This document shows, piece by piece, positions 38,587 through 49,647 of a DNA stretch of 64,000 nt. The notes beneath the pieces are model-generated. The model searched no databases, was not told the origin of the DNA, and saw only the letters and a program-made list of their open reading frames with translations. Position 1 is the stretch's first letter, and every line of letters starts with the position of its first letter. This stretch comes from Candidatus Nanopelagicales bacterium (lineage in GTDB: Bacteria; Actinomycetota; Actinomycetes; S36-B12), in NCBI GenBank assembly GCA_040399625.1, contig JBBARV010000001.1, positions 269,082 through 333,081 of the forward strand. Reading direction: 5' to 3'. Both the position numbers and the translations under genes were made by a program.

Positions 38587-39459
38587 ATGACCATTTCTGA
38601 ACGCGAAAGGCTCGTGGGTTTTCACCCTGGCGTAGTTCGAAGCATCACTTCAGAAGAATTTCCGCAGGCCTTGGCCTTGGCGCGGAAAGACCCATCGGTT
38701 AATGGATTTGTCATCAGCCGGATTGAAGCGGCGCTCGTGGACCATTGGCGACTAGGCGGGGCACTGTGGGGATTTTTCACCGTGGAAAGCCTTCAGAGCC
38801 TGCTTTTTGTTGGTGCAAATATTATGCCGGTGAACACAGATGCTTCAGCACGCAATGCATTTGCAGCCGAACTCATTAGGGCTGGGAGGAGAAGTTCTTC
38901 AATCCTTGGTGAATCAGTTCAGGTTCGTGATTTGTGGCAGGGCATCGAAACTTATTGGGGTAAAGCTCGCGATGTCCGGGAGAACCAACCATTTCTGCAG
39001 ATTGACACTGACCCAGAGTGCGCTTTGGACAGCAGGGTGCGAAGGGTTGTTGCCAGCGAACTAGATCTGCTTTTCCCCGCGTGTGTTGACATGTTCACCG
39101 AAGAGGTGGGGGTATCCCCGGTTGCAAACGGCGGAGAGTTTCAGTACCGACGGAGGATTGCCGAAGTTATTGATTCCGGTATGGCATTCGCAGTGATTGA
39201 TGGTGGACGCGTTCTTTTTAAGACTGAAGTTGGATTTTTGACAGAAGACGTTGCGCAACTTCAAGGCGTGTGGATTAATCCCAGCCTGAGGGGGCAAGGT
39301 TTGGCGGCTCCAGCGTTGGCCGCTGCAATCGTTGAAATCAGGGCATCGTGCGCTAAGACGGTGTCTCTTTATGTCAATGATTTCAATATCCCGGCCAGAA
39401 AGACGTACGAGAGCGTGGGTTTTAAGCAGGTAGCAACATTTGCAACCGTCTTGTTTTAG
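38587..39459 (+). CDS. GNAT family N-acetyltransferase with N-terminal DUF4081-like domain
   Basis: C-terminal acetyl-CoA-binding-type region LQGVWINPSLRGQGLAAPALAA and ...NIPARKTYESVGF. It holds the conserved position after ispG seen in actinobacterial genomes (the Rv2867c position). Confidence 0.65.
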   Translation: MTISERERLVGFHPGVVRSITSEEFPQALALARKDPSVNGFVISRIEAALVDHWRLGGALWGFFTVESLQSLLFVGANIMPVNTDASARNAFAAELIRAGRRSSSILGESVQVRDLWQGIETYWGKARDVRENQPFLQIDTDPECALDSRVRRVVASELDLLFPACVDMFTEEVGVSPVANGGEFQYRRRIAEVIDSGMAFAVIDGGRVLFKTEVGFLTEDVAQLQGVWINPSLRGQGLAAPALAAAIVEIRASCAKTVSLYVNDFNIPARKTYESVGFKQVATFATVLF

Positions 39460-39561
39460 CCTCACCGGAATCGTTGTCTCTTTGGCCACTATTCTTCGAC
39501 AGTCAAAGGCAAGTCCCCGGTGTAGGTGTGAAAAAGCTGAACAAGTGAAATTGAGGTAATT

Positions 39562-41340
39562 GTGATTCAACGTATGTCAACTCTTTTTGTGCGGACATTG
39601 CGCGAGGATCCAGCCGACGCTGAAGTCCCCAGTCACAAACTTCTTGTTCGCGCGGGATACGTGCGACGGATTTCACCAGGGATTTTCTCGTGGTTGCCAC
39701 TCGGTTATCAAGTTTTTCGTAACGTTGAAGAAATTGTCCGCCAGGAAATGAATCAGGCGGGTTTTCAGGAAGTACATTTCCCAGCCCTTCTCCCGCGCGA
39801 GCCTTATGAGACAACAGGCCGCTGGACCGAATACGGTGAAAACCTCTTTCGACTTAAGGATCGGAAAGACAATGACTACCTCTTGGGGCCAACACATGAG
39901 GAAGTCTTCACGTTGATGGTCAAAGGTGAATTTTCTTCTTATCGCGATCTTCCACTATCGATTTATCAAATTCAAACCAAGTATCGCGATGAGGCCAGAC
40001 CCCGTGCGGGAATTTTGCGGGGCCGAGAATTTGTCATGAAGGATTCATATTCATTTGATATCGATGACGCAGGTCTCGAAATCTCTTATAAGAAACACCG
40101 CGATGCCTACATTTCCACTTTTGATCGACTCAAACTCGATTATGTGATCGTCTCCGCCATGGCTGGGGCTATGGGTGGATCCCGAAGTGAAGAGTTTCTC
40201 GCAACCAACGCCTTCGGTGAAGACACCTACGTTCGGTGCGATTGTGGTTTCGCCGCAAATGTTGAGGCCTTCCACATGTCAGAATCAACTTTTGATCCTG
40301 ACCTGAATTTGCAAAGCGATGTACCCATGTCCCACGTGGAAGAAACTCCTGACACACCAACAATTGATTCACTCGTCAAAGTATCCAATGAACGACGTGA
40401 TCTATCGCGTTCTGATCGTGAGTGGACCGATGCCGACACCTTAAAAAATATTTTGCTGATTGTGACGAATCCGGATGAAAGTGAAACACCTTTGGCGATC
40501 GGCTTACCTGGCAATCGGGAGATTGAGGCCCGTAGACTCGAGGCTGCGCTGTACCCACGAGTAGCCCGCCCGTTTGAGGAGGCGGATTTCGCTCGATACC
40601 CCGCACTCGTTAAGGGCTATATCGGTCCAGGCGTACTGGGAACAAACTCCACTAGCGGGATTGAGTTCCTCACCGATCCAAGAGTTGTGCGTGGAACGCG
40701 ATGGATCACGGGTGCAAATGAAAAAGGTAAACACGTATACGATCTCGTTGTCGGTCGTGACTTTGACTCTGACGGACTAATTGATGTCGCTGAAGTATTT
40801 GACGGGGACCCCTGTCCTTCTTGTGCCGGAACTGTGAGTCTGGCTCGCGGCATTGAGATAGGTCATATTTTTCAACTAGGCCGCAAATACGCGGAAGCTT
40901 TGGGACTAAAGGTTCTCGACGAAAATGGCGAACTTGTAACGGTCACTATGGGTTCCTACGGAATTGGTGTTTCACGCGCGGTTGCTGTCATAGCTGAAGC
41001 ACACCACGACGAGAAGGGTCTGGTGTGGCCGCGTGAAGTGGCACCGGCCGACATTTACCTGATTGCGGCGGGAAAGTCAGAAGAAGTTAGCGCAAAGGCC
41101 GAAGAGTTTGCTGCAGCCTGGGATTCAATGGGGCTCCGAGTGATTTTTGACGACCGCACGGGTGTTTCCCCTGGCGTTAAGTTCAATGACTCCGAACTAA
41201 TTGGTGTACCCACAATCGTCGTCGTAGGGAAAGGCCTGGAAAACGGCGTTATTGAGGTGAAGGATCGCGCGAGCGGTGAGCGGGTTGAAATTGCGCTCCA
41301 AGATGCAATTTCAGCAGTGCACCAAATATGCACGACCTAA
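39562..41340 (+). CDS. proS: Proline--tRNA ligase (bacterial type with INS editing domain)
   Basis: N-terminus MIQRMSTLFVRTLREDPADAEVPSHKLLVRAGY and class II motifs FRDE-like YRDEARPRAGILRGREF and GSYGIGVSR. GTG start. Confidence 0.95.
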   Translation: MIQRMSTLFVRTLREDPADAEVPSHKLLVRAGYVRRISPGIFSWLPLGYQVFRNVEEIVRQEMNQAGFQEVHFPALLPREPYETTGRWTEYGENLFRLKDRKDNDYLLGPTHEEVFTLMVKGEFSSYRDLPLSIYQIQTKYRDEARPRAGILRGREFVMKDSYSFDIDDAGLEISYKKHRDAYISTFDRLKLDYVIVSAMAGAMGGSRSEEFLATNAFGEDTYVRCDCGFAANVEAFHMSESTFDPDLNLQSDVPMSHVEETPDTPTIDSLVKVSNERRDLSRSDREWTDADTLKNILLIVTNPDESETPLAIGLPGNREIEARRLEAALYPRVARPFEEADFARYPALVKGYIGPGVLGTNSTSGIEFLTDPRVVRGTRWITGANEKGKHVYDLVVGRDFDSDGLIDVAEVFDGDPCPSCAGTVSLARGIEIGHIFQLGRKYAEALGLKVLDENGELVTVTMGSYGIGVSRAVAVIAEAHHDEKGLVWPREVAPADIYLIAAGKSEEVSAKAEEFAAAWDSMGLRVIFDDRTGVSPGVKFNDSELIGVPTIVVVGKGLENGVIEVKDRASGERVEIALQDAISAVHQICTT

Positions 41341-42104
41341 CTTTATGGTCGGTTTTACTGTTGGCTATTGCCGCAGGAGCGGCTGGCTGGGTTGATGCAG
41401 TAAGCGGTGGCGGAGGACTCCTTCAATTGCCTGCGCTATTTATTGCATTGCCCGCGGGGAGTGAAGTTAATGCATTAGCAACCAATAAATTCTCAAGTTT
41501 TTTTGGAACCGCCACAGCGGCGCGAACATACGTCAAGCATTTAAGCCCTGACTGGAAAACTGCACTGCCCATGGCAAGTGTGGCATTCGTGTTTTCTGCA
41601 ATGGGGGCGGCTACAGCACACATTATTCCCACTCAATACTTTGGTATTGGTATTCTCGTTGCCCTCGTTTTAGTGTGGTTGTGGACGCTGCTCAACCCGC
41701 TGGTGGGTACTGCGAGCAACATTCGTTGGGGTGGAACTCGAAAACATTACGTTGCAGCAATAGGCGTTGGCTCAGCAATTGGGTTCTATGACGGAATTTT
41801 AGGCCCGGGAACCGGATCATTTCTCCTCATCGCTCTTGTGAGTTTATTGGGGTACTCATTTCTGGCGGCTTCATCGACGGCAAAAATAGTGAACCTGGGA
41901 ACAAATGCCGCGGCACTCTTGGTCTTTGGATTCTCTGGCTCGATTTTATGGACTCTGGGTCTCGTCATGGCGGTCTGCAACATGGGAGGCGCCTTTTTTG
42001 GGGCTCGAACGGCAATTAGGCGGGGCAGCCCATTCGTGCGGATTGTCTTTCTGGGAATCACGGCAATTCTCATTATCCGTTTAGCATGGGATATCTGGCT
42101 TTAG
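41328..42104 (+). CDS. TSUP (TauE/SafE) family anion-exporter-like membrane protein
   Basis: Eight-TM-like protein with two repeat halves, each containing G..G(V/I)SGGGG / GILGPGTGSF-type motifs. Overlaps the proS 3' end by 13 nt. Confidence 0.78.
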   Translation: MHDLTLWSVLLLAIAAGAAGWVDAVSGGGGLLQLPALFIALPAGSEVNALATNKFSSFFGTATAARTYVKHLSPDWKTALPMASVAFVFSAMGAATAHIIPTQYFGIGILVALVLVWLWTLLNPLVGTASNIRWGGTRKHYVAAIGVGSAIGFYDGILGPGTGSFLLIALVSLLGYSFLAASSTAKIVNLGTNAAALLVFGFSGSILWTLGLVMAVCNMGGAFFGARTAIRRGSPFVRIVFLGITAILIIRLAWDIWL

Positions 42105-42143
42105 CCTCCGATATAGGATTAAGTCACAACTGACCAACCACAA

Positions 42144-42644
42144 TTGGAAATCGCGGTGAGATCTATGGGAGTACCACTTGGGCGCGCGCGTGATACCGCG
42201 GAATCCGTGTGCACAACCATGGGTGTCGACCTTGAGGATTGCTCAATCAAGCAAGCGGGTCGGCGAGAAGTGTTAACCGTCATTGTTGACAAAGACGGTG
42301 GGATCGACCTCGATGAGATCGCGCAGATCAGTTTTGCAATTTCTGAAGCACTCGACTCCATTGAAGAGCTCGAGGAACACCCGTTCGTTTTGGAAGTGTC
42401 CTCACCCGGAACCGATCGTCCATTGACCGAAGTTCGACATTGGCGTCGAGCAGTGAGTCGCTTGGTGAATGTCTCCTTCGCAGGGGATCGGGACGACTTG
42501 TTGATTCGCGTCCAAGAAGTTAACGGTGATCAAGTTGTTGGCATTGACAGCAAAGCCACTGACGGTAACGAAAACGCCGTGTCTTTTAGAGTTCCTGAAG
42601 TGGACAAAGCCGTTATCCAAATTGAATTCAACCGTGAGGAGTAG
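42144..42644 (+). CDS. rimP: Ribosome maturation factor RimP
   Basis: ...VLTVIVDKDGGIDLDEIAQISFAISEALD...LEVSSPGTDRPL. Immediately upstream of nusA. The start codon is uncertain (TTG 42144, GTG 42156 or ATG 42165). Confidence 0.78.
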   Translation: MEIAVRSMGVPLGRARDTAESVCTTMGVDLEDCSIKQAGRREVLTVIVDKDGGIDLDEIAQISFAISEALDSIEELEEHPFVLEVSSPGTDRPLTEVRHWRRAVSRLVNVSFAGDRDDLLIRVQEVNGDQVVGIDSKATDGNENAVSFRVPEVDKAVIQIEFNREE

Positions 42645-42646
42645 AG

Positions 42647-43684
42647 ATGGATATTGATATCAGTGCACTGAAGGCGCTCGTGAGGGAACGCAATATGTCC
42701 CTGGAACTTCTGGTGGATTCCATTGAGGCCGCCTTACTCGTGGCCTATCACCGCACCGAAGGTTCATGTGTGAAGGCTCGAGTCGAACTGGACCGAAAAA
42801 GTGGCCATGTAACAGTTTGGGCTCAAGAGGCGCTCACATCTCCCGAGGCACTCGCCTCCGGAGAAATCGCCAGTTTTAGCCCGGAATTTGATGACACCCC
42901 CGACGGCTTTGGTCGGGTCGCTTCGAGCACCGCCAGCCAGGTCTTATTGGGCCGCCTGCGCGAAGCAGAAGGCGAGGCAACCCTCGTTGAATTCACGGGT
43001 CGGGAAGGTGATTTGGTTTCTGGTGTAATCCAACAAAACACGAACCCGCGCATGGTGCGGGTGGACATTGGGAAAATCGAAGCGAATCTTCCACCAGAAG
43101 AGCAGGCAACCGGTGAGAGTTACCAGCATGGCGCCCGAATCAAGGTCCTAGTTACCGGAGTGAGGAAAGGGTTTAAAGGCCCCGTTGTCACGGTGTCACG
43201 CAGCCACCCGGACCTGGTGCGGAAATTATTTGCATTGGAAGTTCCCGAGATTGCTGACGGCACCGTTGAGATAACCGCAATTGCGCGTGAGGCGGGCCAC
43301 CGTTCAAAGATCGCCGTTCGCTCACACAAGCCCGAAGTTAACCCAAAAGGATCATGCATTGGTCCACAAGGTCAGCGAGTGCGCCAAATCATGGCTGAAT
43401 TGGGTGGGGAAAAAATTGACATTGTTGACCATAGTGACGACCCAGCCGAGATGATCGCTCAGGCACTGTCTCCAGCCCGGGTCACCTCGGTAACAATCGT
43501 TGACGCCGAACTAAAAAGTGCCAGGGTTTTGGTTCCGGAATATCAGCTATCGCTCGCAATCGGCCGTGAGGGCCAAAATGCCCGATTGGCTGCCCGGTTG
43601 ACCGGCTGGCGCATTGATATTCGAAGCGATTCGGCTCCCGCACCGGATGTGAGCCGGGAATCCACTCCGGCCCTCGAGGCTTGA
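42647..43684 (+). CDS. nusA: Transcription termination/antitermination factor NusA
   Basis: N-terminal domain, S1 domain (GDLVSGVIQQ...) and two KH domains (...CIGPQGQRVRQI..., ...AIGREGQNARLAARLTGWRIDI). Confidence 0.95.
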   Translation: MDIDISALKALVRERNMSLELLVDSIEAALLVAYHRTEGSCVKARVELDRKSGHVTVWAQEALTSPEALASGEIASFSPEFDDTPDGFGRVASSTASQVLLGRLREAEGEATLVEFTGREGDLVSGVIQQNTNPRMVRVDIGKIEANLPPEEQATGESYQHGARIKVLVTGVRKGFKGPVVTVSRSHPDLVRKLFALEVPEIADGTVEITAIAREAGHRSKIAVRSHKPEVNPKGSCIGPQGQRVRQIMAELGGEKIDIVDHSDDPAEMIAQALSPARVTSVTIVDAELKSARVLVPEYQLSLAIGREGQNARLAARLTGWRIDIRSDSAPAPDVSRESTPALEA

Positions 43685-43696
43685 GCGGGTTAACAA

Positions 43697-43990
43697 TTGA
43701 CCCATGAGCCCCAACGAACCTGTATTGGTTGCCGCCAGACCGCCTCGAAAAATGAGTTGATCAGGGTGGTCTGGCAGGAGGAATTAAACGCCGTCACGAT
43801 TGATTCGCACAACTCAATTTCCGGCCGTGGTGCCTACCTGCACTTGGCAATCCACTGCATTGAAAAGGGTCAACGGCGGGTCCGCGGGGCGCTAAGGATT
43901 CCCGGCACGGTAGATTGGCGCACTGTTAGTGATACATGGGTGGTTCTGCGCACGCTGGCGAATGTGAAGTTGGTCGCCGCCGAGTGCTGA
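43697..43990 (+). CDS. YlxR family (DUF448) RNA-binding protein
   Basis: QRTCIGCRQTASKNELIRV...GRGAYLH signature. Located between nusA and infB. TTG start inferred. Confidence 0.8.
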   Translation: MTHEPQRTCIGCRQTASKNELIRVVWQEELNAVTIDSHNSISGRGAYLHLAIHCIEKGQRRVRGALRIPGTVDWRTVSDTWVVLRTLANVKLVAAEC

Positions 43991-44180
43991 TTATGAGGGT
44001 AAATACCTTCGACCCTTTGGTTTGTGATCAAGATCAGTCCCATCAAGAAACAAGAGGTTGACCGTGAACAAAATGATGAGCGCTTCTCAATGAAGGCCTT
44101 CGCATGAGCGTGTCCGCATGAAAATGCTAGGCGCCCAGTAACGGTCCGGTAAGTAAAGCCCGGGCCAAGACAGGAGAGTT

Positions 44181-46913
44181 GTGTCAAAAGTCCGGGTATA
44201 TGAACTCGCTAAAGAGCTGGGAATGGACAGCAAGGCTGTCCTTGCCAAGCTCCAAGATATGGGCGAGTTTGTTCGCTCTGCCTCATCAACGATTGAAGCT
44301 CCAGTAGCCCGAAGGCTCAAAGAGGCTTTGCCCCCTGTCCCTGAGGGCGAGCAGAAGCCCGCTAAGAAGGTCGCCAAGAAGGTCGCCAAGAAAGCGGTAG
44401 CCGCAGCCCCTGATTCGACAGATGAAACCGCAGAGGTGGCCGCAGCGGTGATCGTTCCCGCTGCAAAAGCTGCACCTTCGCCAACGTCGACCGCATCAGA
44501 AACATCCGCTGGGTCGCTAGGTGCTGCACCCATGTCAACGCCCAGTCCCAAGCCAGCACCTCGTCCGGGAAACAATCCATTTGGTGGAAGTACCGGTATG
44601 CCCAAGCCAGCACCTCGACCGGGGAATAACCCATTCGGTTCACCCGCTACTGACCGGCCAGCTGCCCCCCGTCCGGGTGGAGTCGCCGGTGCACCCCGTC
44701 CTAACCCAGGCATGATGCCCAGTGCTCGTGCTCCACAGCGTCCCGGTGGACCCGGTCGTCCCGGTGGACCCGGTGGACCCGGTCGTCCGGGTGGTCCCGG
44801 AGGACCCGGTGGACCCGGTGGACCCGGCGGCTTCACGAATCGACCAGCTCGACCAGGCGGGGCCGGTGGAGCCGGTGGACCGGGTGGTCCCGGTGGACCC
44901 GGTGGACCCGGTGGTCCCGGTGGACCTGGTGGACCTGGTGGTCCGGGAGGGGGTCGCCCCGGTGCACGCCCTGGCGCGCGTGGATCAACGGCGGGTGCGT
45001 TTGGAAGGCCAGGAGGTAAGCCATCACGTGGCCGTAAATCCAAAAGAGCCAAGCGTCAAGAGTTTGACAACATGGAAGCCCCCTCGATGGGTGGAGTACG
45101 TCTGCCACGAGGAAATGGCGATAGCGTCCGACTTCCACGTGGTGCCAGCCTGACCGATTTCGCTGAGAAAATTGATGCATCCTCGGCTGATTTGGTTAAG
45201 GTTCTGATTGGTCTCGGTGAGATGGTTACAGCAACCCAGTCAATTGATGATGACACGTTGCGTCTTTTGGGGACCGAACTTAATTTCGTGATCCAAATTG
45301 TTTCACCGGAGGACGAAGACCGGGAGCTTCTGGAGACTTACGACCTCGAGTTTGGTGAAGATGAAGGTGAAAATGCTGATCTCGAGGCGCGCCCACCCGT
45401 CGTCACCGTTATGGGTCACGTCGACCACGGTAAAACACGACTCCTTGATGCAATTCGAAAGACAAATGTCGTCTCTGGTGAAGCCGGTGGAATCACCCAG
45501 CACATTGGTGCTTACCAGGTAGTTGCCCAGTCTCCAACGGGTGAGCGGCCAATAACGTTCATCGATACACCGGGCCATGAGGCTTTCACCGCGATGCGTG
45601 CTCGCGGCGCTGAGGTCACCGATATCGCAATCTTGGTGGTAGCAGCCGACGACGGTGTGAAACCGCAAACTATTGAAGCGCTTAATCACGCTCAGGCTGC
45701 TGGCGTACCGATCGTTGTCGCGGTCAACAAAATAGACAAAGAAGGTGCTGACCCCATTAAGGTTCGTAGCCAACTCACCGAGTACGGGTTGGTTGCTGAA
45801 GATTTTGGCGGCGACACAATGTTTATTGATGTTTCAGCCAAAAATAATCTTGGAATTGATGAACTCCTGGAAGCCGTGCTGTTGACAGCTGATGCAGCAT
45901 TGGACCTTCGTGCAAATCCACATCAGGACGCCCAAGGTGTCGCTATTGAAGCGCACTTGGACCGTGGACGTGGGCCGGTTGCGACAGTTCTTGTTCAGCG
46001 AGGAACTTTGCGTCCCGGTGATTCAATTGTGGCTGGAGATGCCTATGGTCGAGTTCGGGCGATGCTTGACGATAAAGGCAACACCGTTGAGTTCGCGGGC
46101 CCTTCAGCACCTGTTCAGGTGCTCGGTCTCACCTCTGTGCCGGGAGCTGGAGACAGTTTCTTGGTTGTCAGCGAAGACCGTATTGCCCGGCAAATTGCGC
46201 AAACGCGCCAAGCGCGTGAGCGCAATGCGATGCTGGCTAAGAACCGCGTCAAGCGATCTCTGGAGGACTTCCTCGAGTCAATCGAGCGAGGGGAAGTTTC
46301 TGAACTCACGTTGATTCTCAAAGGTGACGTCTCCGGTTCGGTTGAGGCCCTCGAAGACGCCCTGCTCAAAATTGATGTAGGCGAAGAAGTATCACTTCGC
46401 GTGATTCATCGAGGTGTAGGTGCCATCACTAAGAATGACGTGACGTTGGCAAGTGCGTCCAAGGCAATCATCATCGGATTCAATGTTCGACCCGAAGGAA
46501 AGGTTGCCGAGTTTGCATCCCATGAGGGTGTGGACGTTCGTTTTTACAGCATCATCTATCAGGCAATCGACGAAATCGAGTCAGCGCTTAAGGGAATGCT
46601 CAAGCCCGAATTCGAGGAAGTGCAACTTGGAACAGCCGAAGTGCGTGATGTCTTTAAGTCATCTAAGTTCGGAACTGTGGCGGGTTGTTTGGTTCGAAGT
46701 GGTGCGGTGCGACGCAATAGCAAAGCGAGATTGGTGCGCGACGGTGTCGTCGTTGCGGACAATCTGGCCATTGCGACACTTCGACGATTCAAAGATGATG
46801 CAACTGAGGTCCGCGAAGGATTCGAGTGCGGTATCAATCTTGGTTCCTATCAGGATGTCAAGGTCGATGACGTGATTGAAACTTTTGAAATGCGCGAAAA
46901 ACCACGTAAGTAG
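44181..46913 (+). CDS. infB: Translation initiation factor IF-2
   Basis: GTG start after AGGAGA, N-terminal [11 protein letters not shown], a Pro/Gly-rich linker and G-domain motifs [13 protein letters not shown] and NKID. Confidence 0.97.
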   Translation: MSKVRVYELAKELGMDSKAVLAKLQDMGEFVRSASSTIEAPVARRLKEALPPVPEGEQKPAKKVAKKVAKKAVAAAPDSTDETAEVAAAVIVPAAKAAPSPTSTASETSAGSLGAAPMSTPSPKPAPRPGNNPFGGSTGMPKPAPRPGNNPFGSPATDRPAAPRPGGVAGAPRPNPGMMPSARAPQRPGGPGRPGGPGGPGRPGGPGGPGGPGGPGGFTNRPARPGGAGGAGGPGGPGGPGGPGGPGGPGGPGGPGGGRPGARPGARGSTAGAFGRPGGKPSRGRKSKRAKRQEFDNMEAPSMGGVRLPRGNGDSVRLPRGASLTDFAEKIDASSADLVKVLIGLGEMVTATQSIDDDTLRLLGTELNFVIQIVSPEDEDRELLETYDLEFGEDEGENADLEARPPVVTVMGHVDHGKTRLLDAIRKTNVVSGEAGGITQHIGAYQVVAQSPTGERPITFIDTPGHEAFTAMRARGAEVTDIAILVVAADDGVKPQTIEALNHAQAAGVPIVVAVNKIDKEGADPIKVRSQLTEYGLVAEDFGGDTMFIDVSAKNNLGIDELLEAVLLTADAALDLRANPHQDAQGVAIEAHLDRGRGPVATVLVQRGTLRPGDSIVAGDAYGRVRAMLDDKGNTVEFAGPSAPVQVLGLTSVPGAGDSFLVVSEDRIARQIAQTRQARERNAMLAKNRVKRSLEDFLESIERGEVSELTLILKGDVSGSVEALEDALLKIDVGEEVSLRVIHRGVGAITKNDVTLASASKAIIIGFNVRPEGKVAEFASHEGVDVRFYSIIYQAIDEIESALKGMLKPEFEEVQLGTAEVRDVFKSSKFGTVAGCLVRSGAVRRNSKARLVRDGVVVADNLAIATLRRFKDDATEVREGFECGINLGSYQDVKVDDVIETFEMREKPRK
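44740..44950 (+). repeat. In-frame 9-bp tandem repeats (GGTGGWCCN; Gly-Gly-Pro units) inside infB
   Basis: Two blocks (about 44740-44830 and 44860-44950) of near-identical GGTGGACCC/GGTGGTCCC units, occasionally interrupted by CGT (Arg). They encode (GGP)n / [11 protein letters not shown]. Confidence 0.85.
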
Positions 46914-46929
46914 TCCAAGGAGAATCACT

Positions 46930-47355
46930 ATGGGAAGTGAAGCGCGAGCACGCAAGTTGGCAGATCGAATCAAGGTCATCGTTGCGCAGACTCTTGATAT
47001 GAGGATCAAGGATCCCCGACTGGGTTTTATAACGATCACCGACGTGCGTCTAACAGCCGACTTGCGTGACGCCAGTGTCTTTTACACGGTGCTAGGCACC
47101 GAAGAAGAGCGGGTGTCAACGGCCGCTGCCTTGGCATCGAGCAAAGGCATGCTGCGCACCGAAGTTGGTAAGGGAACCGGGGTTAAATTCACCCCGACCT
47201 TAGAGTTCATCTTGGACGCTATCCCGGAAAATGCGGCACATGTTGAGCAACTACTCCGGGATGCAGCCGAGGCCGATGCTCGGGTGCACGCACAGGCCAA
47301 AGACGCAAAATATGCTGGTGATGTTAACCCGTATCGCGAATCTGAAGGCGCTTAA
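46930..47355 (+). CDS. rbfA: Ribosome-binding factor A
   Basis: [22 protein letters not shown]...[15 protein letters not shown] 46930 lies 7 nt after AAGGAG. The tracked ORF start at 46876 overlaps infB. Confidence 0.9.
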   Translation: MGSEARARKLADRIKVIVAQTLDMRIKDPRLGFITITDVRLTADLRDASVFYTVLGTEEERVSTAAALASSKGMLRTEVGKGTGVKFTPTLEFILDAIPENAAHVEQLLRDAAEADARVHAQAKDAKYAGDVNPYRESEGA

Positions 47356-47361
47356 CGAACT

Positions 47362-48303
47362 ATGGCGACAAACGCCGAGGGGATCGTCGCCTCCGCTGGC
47401 TTTCTACTTGTCGACAAGCCAGCCGGTCTGACCTCCCATGATGTGGTAGCTCGGGTTCGACGGATTTTTAAGACGCGGAAAATTGGTCACGCTGGAACTT
47501 TGGACCCAATGGCCACGGGTGTGCTCATTCTGGGTGTGAATGCGGGCACTCGGCTGCTCGGACACTTGAGCATTGCCGATAAAACTTATGTCGGAACAAT
47601 TCGACTTGGTGTAGCGAGTACAACCGATGACGCGGAAGGGGAATTAAGCCCGGTGCGGGATTCGAGTGGCGTGAGCTCCGAAGCCATCGAGGCGATACTT
47701 GGCACACTTCGCGGTGAAATCATGCAACGTCCGAGTTCGGTGAGTGCCATAAAAATTGACGGGCAACGTGCCTATGCCCGAGTGCGTAATGGCCAATTAG
47801 TCGAGATTCCGGAAAGAAAAACTACGGTGTATCAACTAGACGTCATAAGTGTGAAACGTGCTGGCAATTTTACCGATATTGAAGTGAGCACCAAGGTTTC
47901 ATCCGGCACATATATCCGGGCTATTGCGCGTGATTTAGGAGAGGCCCTCGGCGTTGGTGGGCACTTGACGTCGCTGCGCCGCACGTCAATCGGCCCATTT
48001 AGCGAGGCTAATTGCCGGGATTTGGAGGAGTTGGCGACGTCAGAAAACCCTTGGGCGACAGTGTGCCCTCTGGCCGAAGTAGCCAAGATTGTGTGGCCCG
48101 TCTTTACGTTAGATCATGAACAATCTGAAGCCGTACGTATGGGACAACGGATTTCTTGGCCTGAGAATTTCACTCAATCCATGATCGCCCTAATTGACTC
48201 TGATGGTGAACTCGCAGCCCTCGGTGAAAAGCGAGACACATCTTGCTCGTATATCGCGGTGTTTCCCAGCGGGGTTCGACCACCAAGTAGCCTTTACTCG
48301 TGA
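47362..48303 (+). CDS. truB: tRNA pseudouridine(55) synthase
   Basis: [15 protein letters not shown] and the catalytic-Asp motif [14 protein letters not shown]. Confidence 0.92.
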   Translation: MATNAEGIVASAGFLLVDKPAGLTSHDVVARVRRIFKTRKIGHAGTLDPMATGVLILGVNAGTRLLGHLSIADKTYVGTIRLGVASTTDDAEGELSPVRDSSGVSSEAIEAILGTLRGEIMQRPSSVSAIKIDGQRAYARVRNGQLVEIPERKTTVYQLDVISVKRAGNFTDIEVSTKVSSGTYIRAIARDLGEALGVGGHLTSLRRTSIGPFSEANCRDLEELATSENPWATVCPLAEVAKIVWPVFTLDHEQSEAVRMGQRISWPENFTQSMIALIDSDGELAALGEKRDTSCSYIAVFPSGVRPPSSLYS

Positions 48304-49193
48304 GTGCTTCTGGTTCATTGGTCTGTATTGGGATCTTTGATGGGGTCCACCTTGGGCATCAGGCGCTGATTGCCGCAGCCAAGGAATTGGCCAACGAATC
48401 TAAGATTGGTCTCACGATTTGCACATTCGATCCACATCCGAATGTTGTTGTTAGACCCGATCAGGCACCGAAGCTCATCGGTGGTATTTCCCAACGAAAG
48501 CAATTGCTGCTCCGCAACGGAGTTGATCATGTTGAGGTCATTGCCTTTACTCCTGAATTTGCTAATTTATCTCCGCGCCAGTTTTCGGAGGATTTTCTGA
48601 AAGACCGGTTAAATGCTCAGGTGGTCGTTGTCGGCCGGAATTTCACATACGGCCGACGTGCCGGTGGCAATGTTGATTCGCTCGTCGAAGATGGCAATCA
48701 GTTGGGATTCTCGGTCAAGTTATTCGATTTAGTTCAATCAGATGGAACGATCTCGTCGACACGGATTCGTGAGTTAATTCTGTCGGGAAACGTGTCAGCG
48801 GCTGCGGAGCTGTTGGGGAGAAACTTCAGCCTTGACGGCCAAGTCGTTCAGGGTGACCAGCGTGGACGTGAATTGGGCTACCCCACGGCGAATGTGGAAT
48901 GGGATGAGGCCTTGATAGTCCCCGCCGACGGTGTTTACGCCGGATATGTGAACCTGTCGGGGGACCGGCTGCCGGCGGCTATTTCGGTGGGAACGAATCC
49001 TCAATTTGAGGGCAATACCCAGCGGGTTGAGGCTTATGTGTTGAATCGAACCGATCTGGACCTTTATGGAGCGCACATTGGGGTGGAATTTGTGGATCTG
49101 ATGCGCCCGCAAGCAGTATTTGGCACTTTAGACGAATATTTGACCCAGATCGCATTAGATGTTGCCGCCATTGCGCAGCGTTTGGGCGTCTGA
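48300..49193 (+). CDS. ribF: Bifunctional riboflavin kinase / FAD synthetase
   Basis: GIFDGVHLGHQALI (nucleotidyltransferase) and C-terminal kinase GDQRGRELGYPTAN...PQFEG. 4-nt overlap with truB. Confidence 0.9.
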   Translation: MSASGSLVCIGIFDGVHLGHQALIAAAKELANESKIGLTICTFDPHPNVVVRPDQAPKLIGGISQRKQLLLRNGVDHVEVIAFTPEFANLSPRQFSEDFLKDRLNAQVVVVGRNFTYGRRAGGNVDSLVEDGNQLGFSVKLFDLVQSDGTISSTRIRELILSGNVSAAAELLGRNFSLDGQVVQGDQRGRELGYPTANVEWDEALIVPADGVYAGYVNLSGDRLPAAISVGTNPQFEGNTQRVEAYVLNRTDLDLYGAHIGVEFVDLMRPQAVFGTLDEYLTQIALDVAAIAQRLGV

Positions 49194-49369
49194 TCACTAG
49201 GGCAGTTGGGTGTTTGAACGCTGAGCCAAAGTGAGTTAGGGGATTCTCCACTGCTAGGCTCTGAGTCCAGACGGTTTGGAGGCGGGCGCTTCCAGATTCG
49301 TGTCCATGAAATCAATGCCCATGCTGATTGCCCACACGGTGGATCACATGGCGCGCCCGAGAGGAATAA

Positions 49370-49639
49370 ATGTCACTCGACACCGCAGTAAAGCAAGAAA
49401 TCATCGCAAAATATGGCACCAAGCCAGGCGATACAGGTTCCCCCGAAGTTCAGATAGCGATGCTCAGTCGCCGCATTGAAGACCTCACCGGCCACCTCAA
49501 GACCCATAAGCACGACCATCACAGCCGCCGTGGACTTTTGATCATGGTTGGCCAGCGTCGCCGCCTACTTAATTACCTCACAAAAACTGACATTAACCGG
49601 TACCGCTCAATTATTGAACGACTCGGCCTACGTCGCTAG
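49370..49639 (+). CDS. rpsO: 30S ribosomal protein S15
   Basis: [57 protein letters not shown] is a canonical S15. Confidence 0.97.
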   Translation: MSLDTAVKQEIIAKYGTKPGDTGSPEVQIAMLSRRIEDLTGHLKTHKHDHHSRRGLLIMVGQRRRLLNYLTKTDINRYRSIIERLGLRR

Positions 49640-49647
49640 CCGTGTGT

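Noticed and set aside
43993-44061. 22-codon ORF (MRVNTFDPLVCDQDQSHQETRG) in the ylxR-infB spacer
   Set aside because: No Shine-Dalgarno sequence precedes it, the ATG lies 2 nt after the ylxR stop, and there is no recognisable peptide feature. The evidence is insufficient to call a small protein.
44740-44950. Short regularly spaced repeats that might be mistaken for a CRISPR-like array
   Set aside because: The units are 9 nt, contiguous with no spacers, in frame, and lie inside infB. There are no cas genes in the window.
44087-45052. 321-aa minus-strand ORF rich in Pro/Gly ([11 protein letters not shown]...), superficially collagen-like
   Set aside because: It is the antisense shadow of the infB GGP-repeat region. 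The repeat GGTGGACCC reads as GGGTCCACC on the other strand, which keeps that frame open. infB identity on the plus strand is unambiguous, and the ORF has no start context or independent motif.
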